Shown here piece by piece: positions 1-11,794 of a stretch of DNA of 64,000 bases. The first letter of the stretch is position 1. The number at the start of each line of letters is the position of its first letter. A program made the position numbers and the translations under genes. The notes under the pieces are model-generated. The model saw only the letters and a program-made list of their open reading frames with translations. It searched no databases and was not told where the DNA came from. Source of the DNA: Arcobacteraceae bacterium (GTDB lineage: Bacteria > Campylobacterota > Campylobacteria > Campylobacterales > Arcobacteraceae); NCBI GenBank assembly GCA_048268245.1, contig JBLWVX010000011.1, positions 9,660 to 73,659 of the forward strand, given 5' to 3'.

Positions 1-724
1 ATATTAAAGCTACAAAAATCAAAAAAGGTGCTAAGAACATAACTCTTATCATTTTCACAACAACTGAATTATTTGAGATTAGTTCATTATCTAAACTATT
101 AGCAGCTCCTACTACATGAGCTACTTCATGTAAAGTTCCACCTATATACAAAGCCATTTCTTGCTCGTTCAAATTTAATAAACCAATATTATAAAAGTAA
201 GGATATATAAACATTGCCAATGTTCCAAAAAGAACAACTGTTGATATTGCAATACTAGTTTTATAAGCTTTGTTTTTTAGTACTGACTCAGTTGCCAAAA
301 CAGCAGCAGCACCACAGATAGAACTTCCTGCACTAACTAAAATAGCTATTTGTTTATCAATCTTAAGAACTTTAACTCCAATAATATATCCAAAAATAAA
401 AGTCCCTACAACAATTATAAAACTATATAAAACTCCTTGAATCCCAATATTTTGTAAATCACTTACAGTTAATCTAAATCCATATAAAACTATAGCAAAA
501 CGTAAAAGCTGTTTTGTACAAAAGTTTAAACTATTTTTGTTTTCAATTAATACAAAACCTTTTAAACTATTTGATAAAAATATTCCTAGAAGTATTGCAA
601 TTATTAAAAATGAAAATCCTAGATTTTCGATAAATGTTATCTTTGTAATATAAAAACTTAAAACAGTAAATAGTAAAATAAATCCTATGCCCTTATAAAA
701 CTTTAAATCTTTAAAATCTTCCAT
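1..724 (-). CDS. YeiH/YadS-like putative sulfate exporter family membrane protein (3' end outside window)
   Basis: Not in ORF track. Manual translation from ATG at 724: MEDFKDLKFYKGIGFILLFTVF..., hydrophobic, with family motifs GSSICGAAAV, GTLHEVAHVV and VKMIRVMFLAP. Divergent from a LysR gene, as in the yeiE-yeiH pair. Confidence 0.85.
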   Translation of the reverse strand, partial: MEDFKDLKFYKGIGFILLFTVLSFYITKITFIENLGFSFLIIAILLGIFLSNSLKGFVLIENKNSLNFCTKQLLRFAIVLYGFRLTVSDLQNIGIQGVLYSFIIVVGTFIFGYIIGVKVLKIDKQIAILVSAGSSICGAAAVLATESVLKNKAYKTSIAISTVVLFGTLAMFIYPYFYNIGLLNLNEQEMALYIGGTLHEVAHVVGAANSLDNELISNNSVVVKMIRVMFLAPFLIFVALI

Positions 725-825
725 TATTTTTCCTTTTAATCCTGACTCAATTATAAAGGATTATTTTTTATTTGTAAAATTAATTAATTTTGCTATAATA
801 ATAAAAAAAATTTATAGGATATATT

Positions 826-1713
826 TTGATTACAATTAAAGAACTGGATATTTTTTTTAAACTTTGTGAAGATTCTCATATATCAAATCTTGCAAAACAA
901 ATAAATATGACTCAAGCAGCAATTTCATCAAGTCTTAATTCATTAGAAAAAAAACTTGAAGAAAAACTTTTTGATAGAGTGGGAAAAAGACTTATATTAA
1001 ATGAAAGAGGTAGGCTTTTTAAAGAGTACTCGTATAGTCCATACTTAGAGCTTTTATATAGCACTGAAATATTTAACAATGATAAACTAAAAGGTAATCT
1101 AATAATAGCTTCAAGTAAAACTTTTAACTGTATTGATTTATCTTTATATGTTTATGATTTTATATCAAAACATAATGTACAAATTACAAAACACTCAAAT
1201 AACACAAAGCAAATCATTCAATCTATAGTCGATTCTTCAATTGATATAGGTTTTATTGAAAATGAGTTTAATGACCCACATATAATAAAAGAAAAACTTA
1301 GTGATGATGAACTTATTGTTGTTAGCGCAAATGAACTTTATGCAAAAGAGAACTACTTTATAGATGAGTTATATAAAATGAATTGGATTCTAAGGGAAAA
1401 AGGTTCAGCAACAAGAGAAATATTTTTAAATAAAATTCCAGATCCTGCAAATATAAAAATAGCAATGGAAATATCAAATTTTGATGAGATAAAAAAGATT
1501 CTACTTCATGATAAAAATAGTATTACTTGTATCTCAAAACTTGCTGTTCAAAAAGAGCTAGAAGAGAAAAAACTATTTGCAATTGAGGTTAAGAATATAG
1601 ATTTCAAAAGAGAACTTTTCATGATATATCATAGAGATAAATATAAAAGCAAACTCTTTTTAGAATTCACTTCATATATAAGAGATTGTTTTTATAAAAA
1701 CTTTTATGAATAA
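826..1713 (+). CDS. LysR family transcriptional regulator (YeiE/CysL-like)
   Basis: N-terminal HTH (TQAAIS...LEKKL...LFDRVGKRLILNERG) and WILREKGSATRE motif; TTG start; divergent from yeiH-like gene. Confidence 0.9.
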   Translation: MITIKELDIFFKLCEDSHISNLAKQINMTQAAISSSLNSLEKKLEEKLFDRVGKRLILNERGRLFKEYSYSPYLELLYSTEIFNNDKLKGNLIIASSKTFNCIDLSLYVYDFISKHNVQITKHSNNTKQIIQSIVDSSIDIGFIENEFNDPHIIKEKLSDDELIVVSANELYAKENYFIDELYKMNWILREKGSATREIFLNKIPDPANIKIAMEISNFDEIKKILLHDKNSITCISKLAVQKELEEKKLFAIEVKNIDFKRELFMIYHRDKYKSKLFLEFTSYIRDCFYKNFYE

Positions 1714-1813
1714 TTACAAAGTGATTACGGTTACAATTTGATTACATAAAAAAGAACATATATTTAGCAATAATTTGTCATGATTCGCTCAACATAATCA
1801 TAAAAGGATATTC

Positions 1814-2026
1814 ATGACATTTATTCCAGTTTCAATACAACTTTTACAAGCAGTAAAATCAAATAATGCAACAAAAGTTGAAGAGCTTATTTTAAACTCA
1901 GATACAAAAAGAGAACTTATTTTAGAACATGTTTCTCAAAATGGTGAAAAATCTTTAGCTAGTTTACTTCCAAAGTTTAGAAGTAAAGGTTTAGTTTTAA
2001 ATATTCAAACTTTATTGGATATTTAA
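1814..2026 (+). CDS. Small hypothetical protein
   Basis: 70-aa ORF with AAGGA ribosome-binding site; convergent with the next gene. Confidence 0.7.
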   Translation: MTFIPVSIQLLQAVKSNNATKVEELILNSDTKRELILEHVSQNGEKSLASLLPKFRSKGLVLNIQTLLDI

Positions 2027-2029
2027 AAG

Positions 2030-2692
2030 CTAGGCTTTCTTTAGCCAAAGGCTAATTTCCTCTTTTCCTTTAGAACTTAAAGAATAAATACCCTTTCCAA
2101 CTCTTTCAAACCAAGCATAATAGTTATTATACATAATATCTCTAGCTTTAGCTTCATCCAAATTTTTAGCTATAACTGAGGCTTTACTATCTCCATGTTC
2201 TTGCAAATATAAAGCAATTTTTAAAGCTTTTTGCCTATAAGAAGTAAGTACTCCTTTTTTACTAGCCATACCACCTAAATTTGGATCCCCAATTCTACTT
2301 TGAAACTCTGCTAAAAGTTTTTCTTTTTTTTGTTTTATTTTTCTTGGTTTATACTCAACTGGGTCTAATACAACTTCAACACTATTTTTAATAGGCTCTA
2401 TTAAAATAAGACCAAAACCTAACATTTTTAGAAGTTTAATAGCTAGTTTTCTCTTTTTTTTTAAAGCTTTTGAATCCTTGGGAATACCTATATAAACTAT
2501 AGATGATAAATTAAGTCTATCTACACTTTGAAGTAAAACATCAAGATTTAAAGAGAGTTTCAACTCAACAATAAGAGGTTCTTCATCTTTTCTTATTGCT
2601 AGTACATCACAGCCACAAACTTCCCCTTTAACTTCATAGTTTTGTGCTTCCAAATATTGTTTTAAAGGTAGATATAAATCAGATTCTTTCAT
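2030..2692 (-). CDS. DUF2161-family PD-(D/E)XK-like protein
   Basis: MKESDLYLPLKQYLE..GEV..CDVLA...IVELK, GDPNLGG, YRQKA and NYYAWFERVGKGIY motifs typical of DUF2161. Confidence 0.8.
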   Translation of the reverse strand: MKESDLYLPLKQYLEAQNYEVKGEVCGCDVLAIRKDEEPLIVELKLSLNLDVLLQSVDRLNLSSIVYIGIPKDSKALKKKRKLAIKLLKMLGFGLILIEPIKNSVEVVLDPVEYKPRKIKQKKEKLLAEFQSRIGDPNLGGMASKKGVLTSYRQKALKIALYLQEHGDSKASVIAKNLDEAKARDIMYNNYYAWFERVGKGIYSLSSKGKEEISLWLKKA

Positions 2693-2938
2693 AATTGTTC
2701 TTTTATAGTAAATTTTATGAAATATAGTATATAAAAATCACTTAATTAGCTTTGTAGTTAGAGACATTGTAATAAAAATATAATGCTTAGAACATATAAC
2801 AATAAAAGGAGTTATCATATGTTCTAGCTATCAGTTTTTTGTTGCAGAATTTTTACTTATTTTTATGATTTGAGTTTTAACTAATTTAAATTATTAGCCT
2901 ATGTATAGATTGACTTTTAAATATAATCTGTCCAAAAT

Positions 2939-3622
2939 TTAAAGTTCATACTTATTTTTATTAAACTTATTACTAATATCGTAACAAAATTTAGTAAAAT
3001 TTGATTTGATTTTTAACATGTTTTTATTTATAAACTCTCTAAGAATATAGCAGCAAACTTCTTTATCTTTTTTTTCTTGTAACAGTTTTTTATGAACATC
3101 AATTGAATAATCAAGTAGTTCTTTTGCTTCTTTATAAGGTTTGCCTATTTCATTAAGTAAATTAATTTCATCATTTAAATTAAAATTTTTAATACCATCT
3201 CTATTGTGAGAATATCTAAAACTGACAGAATACTTATCTAACTCAATAATCTTATCATTAAGTTTTTTTAAATTTTTAAAATATAACTTGATTTTATTTT
3301 TTAGCTCATCATCAGAATTTATAAAAGTAGAAATACTTTCATCAAAATGTTTTTTAAATGAACAATACAATTTGTTTAAATCATGTGTTGCGTATAATTT
3401 ACTTACTAATTCATTAGTGTTTGAATAATCTTTAAAATATTCAATATTATATTTAAAGGACAACTCTAAATAATGTCTTAGTAAATATATTAGAGGTATA
3501 TCACATAGCTTAGATTGTGAAATTATTTCACTTCTATTATTATATAAATATTCAAAAGCATCTTGATATTGCAAAGCATATGACGTATTAGTTGTAGAAA
3601 TTGTACCGATATAAGATTTCAT
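2939..3622 (-). CDS. Hypothetical protein, HEPN-like
   Basis: PLIYLLRHYLELSFK, THDLNKLY and SVSFRY motifs resemble HEPN-superfamily helices; very AT-rich compared with purH. Confidence 0.5.
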   Translation of the reverse strand: MKSYIGTISTTNTSYALQYQDAFEYLYNNRSEIISQSKLCDIPLIYLLRHYLELSFKYNIEYFKDYSNTNELVSKLYATHDLNKLYCSFKKHFDESISTFINSDDELKNKIKLYFKNLKKLNDKIIELDKYSVSFRYSHNRDGIKNFNLNDEINLLNEIGKPYKEAKELLDYSIDVHKKLLQEKKDKEVCCYILREFINKNMLKIKSNFTKFCYDISNKFNKNKYEL

Positions 3623-3640
3623 TAGCTTTCCTAAGATATA

Positions 3641-3668
3641 AAGAAAGATTCTTTACAGAATCTTTCTT
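3641..3668 (-). terminator. Intrinsic terminator downstream of purH
   Basis: Perfect 12-bp inverted repeat AAGAAAGATTCT-ttac-AGAATCTTTCTT just after the purH stop. Confidence 0.7.
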
Positions 3669-3681
3669 CTATAATTTGAGA

Positions 3682-5214
3682 TTAATGTAAAAAGTGTCTT
3701 TTATTTGAGAAATAAAGCGCCATTCCAAATTCATTAGCAGCTTCAATAATCTCATCATCTCTGATAGAACCACCTGGTTCAATTACACACTTAACACCAG
3801 CTTCTTGTGCAGCGTCAATTGAATCTCTAAATGGGAAGAATGCTTCAGATGCTAAAGCAGCACCAGTTACATCAATACCTAAATCTTCTGCTTTTCTTAA
3901 TGCAGCTTTTGCAGCGTCAACTCTTGAAGTCATACCCATACCAACAGCAACCATTGCAGAATCTTTTACGTATACAACACAGTTTGATTTAGTTAATGAA
4001 GCCACTTTATAAGCAATCTCCATATCTTTTTTCTCTTGTGCAGTAGCTTCTCTAGTTGATTTTAATTCAGAGTTTGCAACTTCATCATCTTCAACTTTAT
4101 CAGCATCTTGGAATACAAAACCACCATCAACTATTTTAAAGTTAATATCATCATTTGCCATTTCAAGTTTTGTTGTACCTTGTTTAAATAGTTTGATTCT
4201 TTTCTTTTTATTTAACTCTTCTTCTGCTTCAGGAGTGAAATCAGCAGCAAATACCACTTCTAAGAAGATTTCATTCATTTTAACAGCTAAGGGTAAATCA
4301 ACGATACCATTAACAGCAACTACTCCACCAAATGCAGAGATTGGGTCACATCTTAAAGCTTGCTCATAAGACTCTAATAATGTATCTTTAATAGCAAAAC
4401 CACATGGATTTCCATGTTTTACGATACATACAGCATTTTCATCACCAAAAGCAGATGCAATTTTTGCAGCTCCCGAAATATCACCCATATTATTAAATGA
4501 TGCTTCACCTTTTAAAGTGATAAATTTATTAGATAAGTGCTTATCAAACTCATATAATGCACCTTTTTGATGAGGGTTTTCACCATATCTAGTATCAAAT
4601 ACTTTTTCACCAACGATGAATTGTTTATCACCCATACCATTGTTGAATCTTTTGTTCATATAATTAGCAATCATAGAGTCATAAGCAGCAGTATGCTCAT
4701 AAGCTTTAATCATCATATCTCTTCTGAACTCTTGAGTATTTGAATCGTTTTTTAAGTTATTAAGAACTAAGTCATAATCAGCTACGTCTGTTACAATAAT
4801 AACAGAATCATGGTTTTTTGCTGCAGATCTAACCATAGCAGGTCCACCAATATCAATGTTTTCAATAATCTCTTCGAAATCATCAGTTTTTTCAATAGTA
4901 GCTTTGAATGGATATAAATTAACACATACCAAATCAATACCTTCTACACCTAACTCTTTTGCTTGATCTAAGTGTGATTGTTTATCTCTTCTATGTAAGA
5001 TACCACCATGAATATATGGATTTAAAGTTTTAACTCTACCTTCAAAACACTCTGGGAATTTAGTAACTTCATTTGCTTCAATTACTGCAATTCCTGCTTC
5101 TTTTAATTTATTATAAGTACCACCTGTTGAAATAATCTCATAACCTAAAGATACTAACTCTTTTGCAAAGTTTTCAACACCACTTTTATCACTTACAGAT
5201 ATTAATGCTCTCAT
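3682..5214 (-). CDS. purH: Bifunctional AICAR transformylase/IMP cyclohydrolase
   Basis: [51 protein letters not shown]. Confidence 0.98.
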   Translation of the reverse strand: MRALISVSDKSGVENFAKELVSLGYEIISTGGTYNKLKEAGIAVIEANEVTKFPECFEGRVKTLNPYIHGGILHRRDKQSHLDQAKELGVEGIDLVCVNLYPFKATIEKTDDFEEIIENIDIGGPAMVRSAAKNHDSVIIVTDVADYDLVLNNLKNDSNTQEFRRDMMIKAYEHTAAYDSMIANYMNKRFNNGMGDKQFIVGEKVFDTRYGENPHQKGALYEFDKHLSNKFITLKGEASFNNMGDISGAAKIASAFGDENAVCIVKHGNPCGFAIKDTLLESYEQALRCDPISAFGGVVAVNGIVDLPLAVKMNEIFLEVVFAADFTPEAEEELNKKKRIKLFKQGTTKLEMANDDINFKIVDGGFVFQDADKVEDDEVANSELKSTREATAQEKKDMEIAYKVASLTKSNCVVYVKDSAMVAVGMGMTSRVDAAKAALRKAEDLGIDVTGAALASEAFFPFRDSIDAAQEAGVKCVIEPGGSIRDDEIIEAANEFGMALYFSNKRHFLH

Positions 5215-5253
5215 TTAAATTTTTCCTTGTTAAATTGTAAATATTAATAAAAT

Positions 5254-5287
5254 AAAAAAAGCCAGACTCTGTTTAGAGTCTGGCTTT
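5254..5287 (-). terminator. Intrinsic terminator between purL and purH
   Basis: 13-bp inverted repeat AAAGCCAGACTCT-gttt-AGAGTCTGGCTTT with a U-tract on the minus strand. Confidence 0.75.
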
Positions 5288-5299
5288 AGGCTTGTTTGA

Positions 5300-7513
5300 T
5301 TATAAGTCTTGCTCGATTACTTGCTTAAACTTATTGAAATAAACATCAGACATATCATCTAACTCTTTAGAAATGTCATTGATTGAGAATTTATCAGTAC
5401 CAACAGTACCAATTTTATTACACTCAATACCTTGTGCAGATGCTACAGCTTCAAACGCAGCTGCATTTTCAGGCTTAACTTCTACAATAGCTCTTGATAA
5501 AGACTCAGCAAAAATATCTTTTGAATCATTTAAAGAGATATTTGCTTCAACACCTTTTTTACCAACTACAGCCATTTTAGCTAAAGCAATAGCAATACCA
5601 CCAACATTAACATCTTTAGCAGCTTTTACTAAACCATCTTTGTTAGCTTCAATTACAGTATTCCATAAAGAAAGTTCTTTTTTGAAATCAACTTCTGGGT
5701 GTGCTCCTGCTACTTGACCATACATTTTTTTCATATATAAAGATCCACCAAATTCAGCTTTAGTTTCACCTAATAGATAAACTATATTTCCTTCTTCTTG
5801 GAAAGAAGATGGAACTACTTTATTTGCATCATCATTTACACCAACCATAGCAATTGCTGGAGTTGGGAATACACCAACACCATTTGTTTCATTATATAAT
5901 GATACGTTTCCACCAATTACAGGTGTGTTAAGTTCAGCACAAGCTTTTTTGATACCTTCACAAGCTTGAGCAAATTGCCACATAACCTCTGGGTTTTGTG
6001 GGTTACCAAAGTTAAGACAATCAGTAATAGCTTTTGGAGTTGCTCCTGTCATAGCTACATTTCTTCCTGATTCCATAACAGCTGCAGCAGCACCTAGTTC
6101 AGGGTTAATATAACACTGTCTTGTATTACAATCAGCAGACATTGCTAAAGCTTTTCCATTCTCTTTAACTCTAATTACAGAACCATCATTTTGACCTGGA
6201 CCTTTAACAGTGTTTGTTTGTACCATTGAATCATATTGGTTATAAACCCATGATTTATCAACTACTTCCATATCTGAGAATAACTCTTCAAATACTTCTT
6301 GGTTTGATAATTCTTTATCTAAAACAATATCTTCAATACCATCTAAATATGCAGGTTTTTGTACAGGTCTATCTAATACAGGAGATTGTTCAGATACAGG
6401 CTGAACAGGAACTTCTGCACATTTTTCACCATGCCAGAATAATTCCATATTTCCAGTAGCAGTAACTTCACCAATTACAGCAACATCTAATTCCCATTTT
6501 TCAAAAATATCAATAATTGCTTGCTCACTACCTTTTTTAGCACAAATAAGCATTCTTTCTTGCGATTCTGAAAGCATGAAATCATAAGGAGTCATTCCTT
6601 CTTCTCTTGCAGGAACTTTATCTAAATGCATAATCATACCAGAACCAGATCTTCCTGCCATTTCAAATGAAGATGAAGTAAGACCAGCAGCACCCATATC
6701 TTGAATACCAATAATTAAATCTTCTTTAAATAACTCTAAACAAGCTTCTAAAAGTAATTTTTCAGTAAATGGATCACCAACTTGAACAGTTGGTCTTTTA
6801 GACTCAGAATCTTCATCAAATGAAGCAGAACTCATAACAGCTCCACCAAGTCCATCTCTACCAGTTTTTGAACCTACATACATTACTGGGTTCCCAATAC
6901 CTTCAGCTTTACCATAGAAGATTTCATCAGCTTTTGCGATACCTAAGTTAAATGCATTTACAAGATTGTTTCCTGCATAACACTCTTCGAAGTTAGTTTG
7001 TCCACCAATAGTTGGAACTCCCATACAGTTACCGTATCCACCAATACCAGCAACAACACCTCTTAATAAATATCTGTGTTTCTTAGCAGTTTCACTATCA
7101 CCTTCAATTCCAGCAAATTGAATTAAGTTCATAGATGCAACAGGTCTAGCACCCATTGTAAATACGTCTCTCATAATTCCACCAACACCAGTAGCAGCAC
7201 CTTGGTATGGTTCAATAAATGATGGATGGTTGTGTGATTCCATTTTAAATACAGCAGCATATCCATCACCGATGTCAATAACACCAGCATTTTCACCTGG
7301 ACCTTGGATAACCCATGGAGCTTTTGTTGGGAATCCTCTTAAGTATTTTGTACTAGATTTGTATGAACAGTGTTCAGACCACATCGCAGAAAAGATACCA
7401 ATTTCAACATGGTTTGGATCTCTTCCTAAGATTTCTTTTATATTCTCTAATTCTTCAAGTGTCAAAGAGTGTGCAAGTGCCATCTCTTCTAGGTTCATCT
7501 CTTTATTTTGCAT
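5300..7513 (-). CDS. purL: Phosphoribosylformylglycinamidine synthase subunit PurL (small type)
   Basis: [40 protein letters not shown]. Confidence 0.98.
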   Translation of the reverse strand: MQNKEMNLEEMALAHSLTLEELENIKEILGRDPNHVEIGIFSAMWSEHCSYKSSTKYLRGFPTKAPWVIQGPGENAGVIDIGDGYAAVFKMESHNHPSFIEPYQGAATGVGGIMRDVFTMGARPVASMNLIQFAGIEGDSETAKKHRYLLRGVVAGIGGYGNCMGVPTIGGQTNFEECYAGNNLVNAFNLGIAKADEIFYGKAEGIGNPVMYVGSKTGRDGLGGAVMSSASFDEDSESKRPTVQVGDPFTEKLLLEACLELFKEDLIIGIQDMGAAGLTSSSFEMAGRSGSGMIMHLDKVPAREEGMTPYDFMLSESQERMLICAKKGSEQAIIDIFEKWELDVAVIGEVTATGNMELFWHGEKCAEVPVQPVSEQSPVLDRPVQKPAYLDGIEDIVLDKELSNQEVFEELFSDMEVVDKSWVYNQYDSMVQTNTVKGPGQNDGSVIRVKENGKALAMSADCNTRQCYINPELGAAAAVMESGRNVAMTGATPKAITDCLNFGNPQNPEVMWQFAQACEGIKKACAELNTPVIGGNVSLYNETNGVGVFPTPAIAMVGVNDDANKVVPSSFQEEGNIVYLLGETKAEFGGSLYMKKMYGQVAGAHPEVDFKKELSLWNTVIEANKDGLVKAAKDVNVGGIAIALAKMAVVGKKGVEANISLNDSKDIFAESLSRAIVEVKPENAAAFEAVASAQGIECNKIGTVGTDKFSINDISKELDDMSDVYFNKFKQVIEQDL

Positions 7514-7578
7514 TTTTCGCCTTAAAATATGGTTATTAAGTAAGCGTGATTATATCCAAAAAAGAGTTAAACTATGTT

Positions 7579-8580
7579 TTAGTCTTCAAATAAAATTTTC
7601 ATTTTCCCATTAACTAGCTCTACGATTAGTTCTTTATTACCTATAAATTTTAAAGTATCACTTTTATAATATTGATTCATAAAAACTTTAAACAGTCTTT
7701 TATTTAAAGAGTTTGGATAAACATAAATATTTATATCTGAAAACCTTATGATTTTATCTTCATCTTTTGAGAAAACTCTTTTTTTGTATTTTGAAAACTC
7801 TTCTATTTGCATTCCATTATATCTTTTAAACTCATTTGAATAAAAGGCTAAATAATCATCAATTTTTGAGTATTTCCATGTTAATTTCCATTGATTAATT
7901 GAAGATAAGATTATTGCTAGTTCATCTTTTGAAGCTTCTACAAACTCTTCTTCACTTGTTATTAAAACTGAGTCTTCTAAATCAATTTTACTTTCTAAAT
8001 CAAGAAGTTTTTCATTATCTAAGGCAATACAACCTTTTGTGTACTCTTCTCTATCTCCATTTAAAGGCATACCATGTATCCAAATACCATGACCTTTTTT
8101 GTTTTGACTTTTATCAAAGTTATTAGGATAAGAAGTTACAAGTGCAAAAGGACCATAAAACTGATCTAAATCAGTTCTTTTTCTTGTTAGGTCATATACA
8201 CCAATAGGAGTTTTTTTATCTCCTTCAAGATATTTATCTCCATCAATCTCACCTGTAATAACATCATCTTCAAAAAACCTTGTAAGTTTCATATTTTTAT
8301 TCTCATATAAAAACAATTTTTTTGCTTTTTTATTTAAATGTAAAGTATATCTTTTACTCTCTAAATAACCAAATTTCGTATCATAATTTTTTAATGTTTC
8401 TTGCCAATAATCTTTTTGGGCAAGTCGTTTTTCAAGCTCCAACTCTACGGCAGCAATACCTTCAAGACGGTATAAGTCTATCAATTTATTTGCAAAAACA
8501 CTTGTAGTAAATAAGAAAGAAATTAAAAATAATAATCTAAACAAAAATAACTCCGTAATATAATTTTTTAAGTTGTGCAA
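7579..8580 (-). CDS. L,D-transpeptidase/carboxypeptidase (YkuD domain plus NTF2-like domain, Csd6/Pgp2-like)
   Basis: GDKKTPIGVY, YPN, GIWIHG...TKGCIAL catalytic His/Cys motif; N-terminal signal sequence. Confidence 0.88.
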   Translation of the reverse strand: MHNLKNYITELFLFRLLFLISFLFTTSVFANKLIDLYRLEGIAAVELELEKRLAQKDYWQETLKNYDTKFGYLESKRYTLHLNKKAKKLFLYENKNMKLTRFFEDDVITGEIDGDKYLEGDKKTPIGVYDLTRKRTDLDQFYGPFALVTSYPNNFDKSQNKKGHGIWIHGMPLNGDREEYTKGCIALDNEKLLDLESKIDLEDSVLITSEEEFVEASKDELAIILSSINQWKLTWKYSKIDDYLAFYSNEFKRYNGMQIEEFSKYKKRVFSKDEDKIIRFSDINIYVYPNSLNKRLFKVFMNQYYKSDTLKFIGNKELIVELVNGKMKILFED

Positions 8581-8613
8581 TTGTATAATGATACTCCTAA
8601 TTTTTAAATAAAA

Positions 8614-9807
8614 GTGAATATATCCGTGAAAAAAATCATTATTAGTTTGTTATTTGTTATAAATTTTTTATTTGGTACAGAAGTAAAAGAGTTGCCTTGG
8701 CCAAAAGGTGAAACGTTTTTAACTTTTTTAGAAAAGTATTCTATTCCTCAAAAACTCTATTTTGATTTAGAAAAAGAAGATAAAGAATTATGTTCAGAAA
8801 TAAGAGCTGAAAATAGATTTTATTTATATGAAAATGAAGATGGCACATTAAATCAAGTTTTAATTCCAGTCTCAGAAGAGATACAACTTCATATTTATAA
8901 AGATGTAGATAATACATATAAATTTCAAACTTTACCTATAAATTATACGGAGTTTACAGAAACTATTATTGTTCCTATTACAAACTCTGTATCATATGAT
9001 TTACAAAAAGCAACTGGAAACGCAGCAATTTCTGCACAGATAAAAGCACTATTTAATGATGTTAATTTTAGAGGTATGCAAAAAGGTGACAATGTAGCTG
9101 TTAAATACTCTCAAAAAGTATTACTAGGAAAAGCACTTGGCCTACCTGATATAAAATCTGCTATGGTTGAAGTAGCAGGAAAAAAACATTATAGATTCAA
9201 AAATGAAAAAGATGAAAAATACTACAATGAAAAAGGTGTAGGTTTTACAAAAACTTACTTTTTTAGAATACCACTTACTTACAAAAGAATTTCAAGTCAT
9301 TTTACTAAAAAAAGATGGCACCCTGTACTTAAGAGATATAGAGCTCATTTAGGAACAGATTTTGCAGCACCAACAGGAAGAAAAATCTATGCAGCAGGAG
9401 ATGGTATAGTTGAATTTGTAGGAAGACGAGGTGGATATGGAAAAACTATTATAATTAACCACAGAAATGGATATAAAACTCTTTATGCTCATCAAAATAG
9501 ATTTAATAAAAGTATTAGAAGAGGTCAAAAAGTAAAAAAAGGTCAACATATTGGTTATGTAGGAAGTACAGGACTTAGTTCAGGACCTCACTTACACCTT
9601 GGTTTATACAAAAATGGAAGAGCTGTTAATTCTTTAAAAGTTATTAGAAAACCTGATACAAAAGGATTAAAAGGAAAAGCTAAACAAACATTTATAGCAA
9701 ATGCTAAGCTAAAAATTGATGAAATAAATGCAAGAATAGAAAATAAAGATACAATAGAACCAACTAGATTAGATAGAATATCATACAAAAGTGACTTAAA
9801 AATCTAA
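8614..9807 (+). CDS. M23 family peptidoglycan metallopeptidase (Csd3-like)
   Basis: HLGTDFAAP, YAH, STGLSSGPHLH zinc motifs; N-terminal WPKGETFLTFL segment. Confidence 0.9.
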   Translation: MNISVKKIIISLLFVINFLFGTEVKELPWPKGETFLTFLEKYSIPQKLYFDLEKEDKELCSEIRAENRFYLYENEDGTLNQVLIPVSEEIQLHIYKDVDNTYKFQTLPINYTEFTETIIVPITNSVSYDLQKATGNAAISAQIKALFNDVNFRGMQKGDNVAVKYSQKVLLGKALGLPDIKSAMVEVAGKKHYRFKNEKDEKYYNEKGVGFTKTYFFRIPLTYKRISSHFTKKRWHPVLKRYRAHLGTDFAAPTGRKIYAAGDGIVEFVGRRGGYGKTIIINHRNGYKTLYAHQNRFNKSIRRGQKVKKGQHIGYVGSTGLSSGPHLHLGLYKNGRAVNSLKVIRKPDTKGLKGKAKQTFIANAKLKIDEINARIENKDTIEPTRLDRISYKSDLKI

Positions 9808-9833
9808 ATAAACTCAAAAGTAAGGAGTCCATT

Positions 9834-11186
9834 ATGCCTCATGAAGAAGTTATAATAACTGACCCAAACAAACTAATAGAGAGCTTTGACTCTCTACACC
9901 CCACAGATATTGCAAACTCCTTAAAAAAAATAGAAAAAGATAGTGTTGATGACTTCTTTTTTGTTCTTAAAAAAGTTCCAGATGAATTACTAGGAGAAGT
10001 TTTACTTGAACTTCCTGATAATCTAAGAGAGTTAGCTTATGAAGAGCTATCTATTAAAAAACTTACAGATGCAGTTGAAGAACTTGAATCAGATGACCAA
10101 ACAGACTTAATTTTAGAACTTGAAGAAATAGATGAAGAAAAAGCAAAAGAGATTTATGATGGTCTAGAAGAAGAAGACCAAAAAGATATTGACTGGCTTA
10201 AAAAGTATGAGGAAGATGAAGCTGGTGCTTATATGCAAACGGAGCTTTTCTCAGCTAGTCTTGATGAGACAATCGGGGATTCAGTAAAAAGGCTAAAAGA
10301 AGCTAAAGCCTCTGATGAAGTAGAAAACATTCATCAAGTTTTTGTAATAGATGAAAATAGGATATTAATAGCCTCAATACTTTTAGAAGATTTAATCATT
10401 TTTGACTTCAATAAAACATATGATGAGATTTTAAAGACAGATGAGAATAGGTTTAAACCCTTTAAAGTTGATGACCATGAACATATTGATAATGTAGCTA
10501 AGCAATTTGAGCAATATGACTTATCTGTAGTTGCAGTAACTGGATACCAAGGTATCTTAATGGGTAGAATTACTTCAGATGATATTTTAGATGTAATTGA
10601 AGAGAATGCAACAGAACAAATGTATCAATTAGCAGGGGTTGATGATGATTTTGAGCATGAAGACAAACTATCAACTACAGCTAAGAAAAGAGCATTTTGG
10701 CTGTTTTTAAATTTAGGAACTGCTATTTTAGCATCTTTAGTAATTGGCTTATTTGATGAAACAATTCAAGCTTATGTTGCACTAGCTATTTTAATGCCAA
10801 TAGTTGCATCAATGGGTGGAAATGCTGGTACTCAAACTTTAGCCGTTATGGTTAGACAGTTAGCCTTAGGTGATATTGAACTTGAGAATGCAAAAGATGC
10901 AGTAAAAAAAGAAGTGGTCATATCTTTAATAAATGGTTTTTTATTCGCAGTTATAATGGGAATAATCGCATGGCTTTGGTTTGATACAAAACTTCTTGGT
11001 TTAGTAATTGCTATGTCAATGGTAATAAATCTATTTAGTGCTGGTTTCTTTGGTGCAGCAATACCGCTTATATTAAAAAGATTTGATATAGACCCAGCTA
11101 TTGGAAGTACAGTATTACTTACAACAGTAACAGATATTGTAGGCTTCTTTAGTTTCTTAATGCTTGCAAAAGTAATACTACTATAA
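9834..11186 (+). CDS. mgtE: Magnesium transporter MgtE
   Basis: Acidic N-domain, CBS pair, MGGNAGTQ and DPA...TTVTD transmembrane motifs. Confidence 0.95.
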   Translation: MPHEEVIITDPNKLIESFDSLHPTDIANSLKKIEKDSVDDFFFVLKKVPDELLGEVLLELPDNLRELAYEELSIKKLTDAVEELESDDQTDLILELEEIDEEKAKEIYDGLEEEDQKDIDWLKKYEEDEAGAYMQTELFSASLDETIGDSVKRLKEAKASDEVENIHQVFVIDENRILIASILLEDLIIFDFNKTYDEILKTDENRFKPFKVDDHEHIDNVAKQFEQYDLSVVAVTGYQGILMGRITSDDILDVIEENATEQMYQLAGVDDDFEHEDKLSTTAKKRAFWLFLNLGTAILASLVIGLFDETIQAYVALAILMPIVASMGGNAGTQTLAVMVRQLALGDIELENAKDAVKKEVVISLINGFLFAVIMGIIAWLWFDTKLLGLVIAMSMVINLFSAGFFGAAIPLILKRFDIDPAIGSTVLLTTVTDIVGFFSFLMLAKVILL

Positions 11187-11206
11187 AAGGTTACCCTTTT
11201 ATAGTA
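11179..11206. terminator. Bidirectional terminator between convergent mgtE and folE
   Basis: 12-bp inverted repeat TACTATAAAAGG-ttac-CCTTTTATAGTA. Confidence 0.65.
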
Positions 11207-11209
11207 AAC

Positions 11210-11782
11210 TTATTTATGAAAAGAGTTTTTAACTATTGATAAGAACTCATCTTTAGTTTTCTTATTTGTTTTAAATAATCCTCTTAAAGCAGATGTAACT
11301 GTAGTAGAATTGATTTTTTGAACCCCTCTCATTTCCATACACATATGTCTTGCATCAATAATAACTGCAACACCTTTTGGTTTTAAGTGTTCATTTAAAG
11401 CATCACAGATTTGTTCTGTTAGCTGCTCTTGGATTTGTAATCTTCTAGCAAACACATCTACAACTCTTGGAATTTTTGAAAGTCCAACAACTTTTCCATC
11501 TGGAATGTAAGCCACATGAGCTTTTCCAATAATAGGAAGCATATGATGTTCACATTGAGAGTAAAATTCTATATCTTTTACCACTACCATCTCATCATTT
11601 GTTGATGTAAATAATGCTTTTTGAAGAATCTCTTTTGGATCTTGATTATAACCACCACACATAAATTCATATGCTTTTCTAACTCTACTTGGTGTGTCAA
11701 TTAAACCTTCTCTTGAAGGATCTTCTCCTACATACTCTAATACTTTTTTTATTGATTCTTCAAATTCTTCTTTTGTAACCAT
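11210..11782 (-). CDS. folE: GTP cyclohydrolase I
   Basis: [32 protein letters not shown]. Confidence 0.97.
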   Translation of the reverse strand: MVTKEEFEESIKKVLEYVGEDPSREGLIDTPSRVRKAYEFMCGGYNQDPKEILQKALFTSTNDEMVVVKDIEFYSQCEHHMLPIIGKAHVAYIPDGKVVGLSKIPRVVDVFARRLQIQEQLTEQICDALNEHLKPKGVAVIIDARHMCMEMRGVQKINSTTVTSALRGLFKTNKKTKDEFLSIVKNSFHK

Positions 11783-11794
11783 AATAATATTCCT

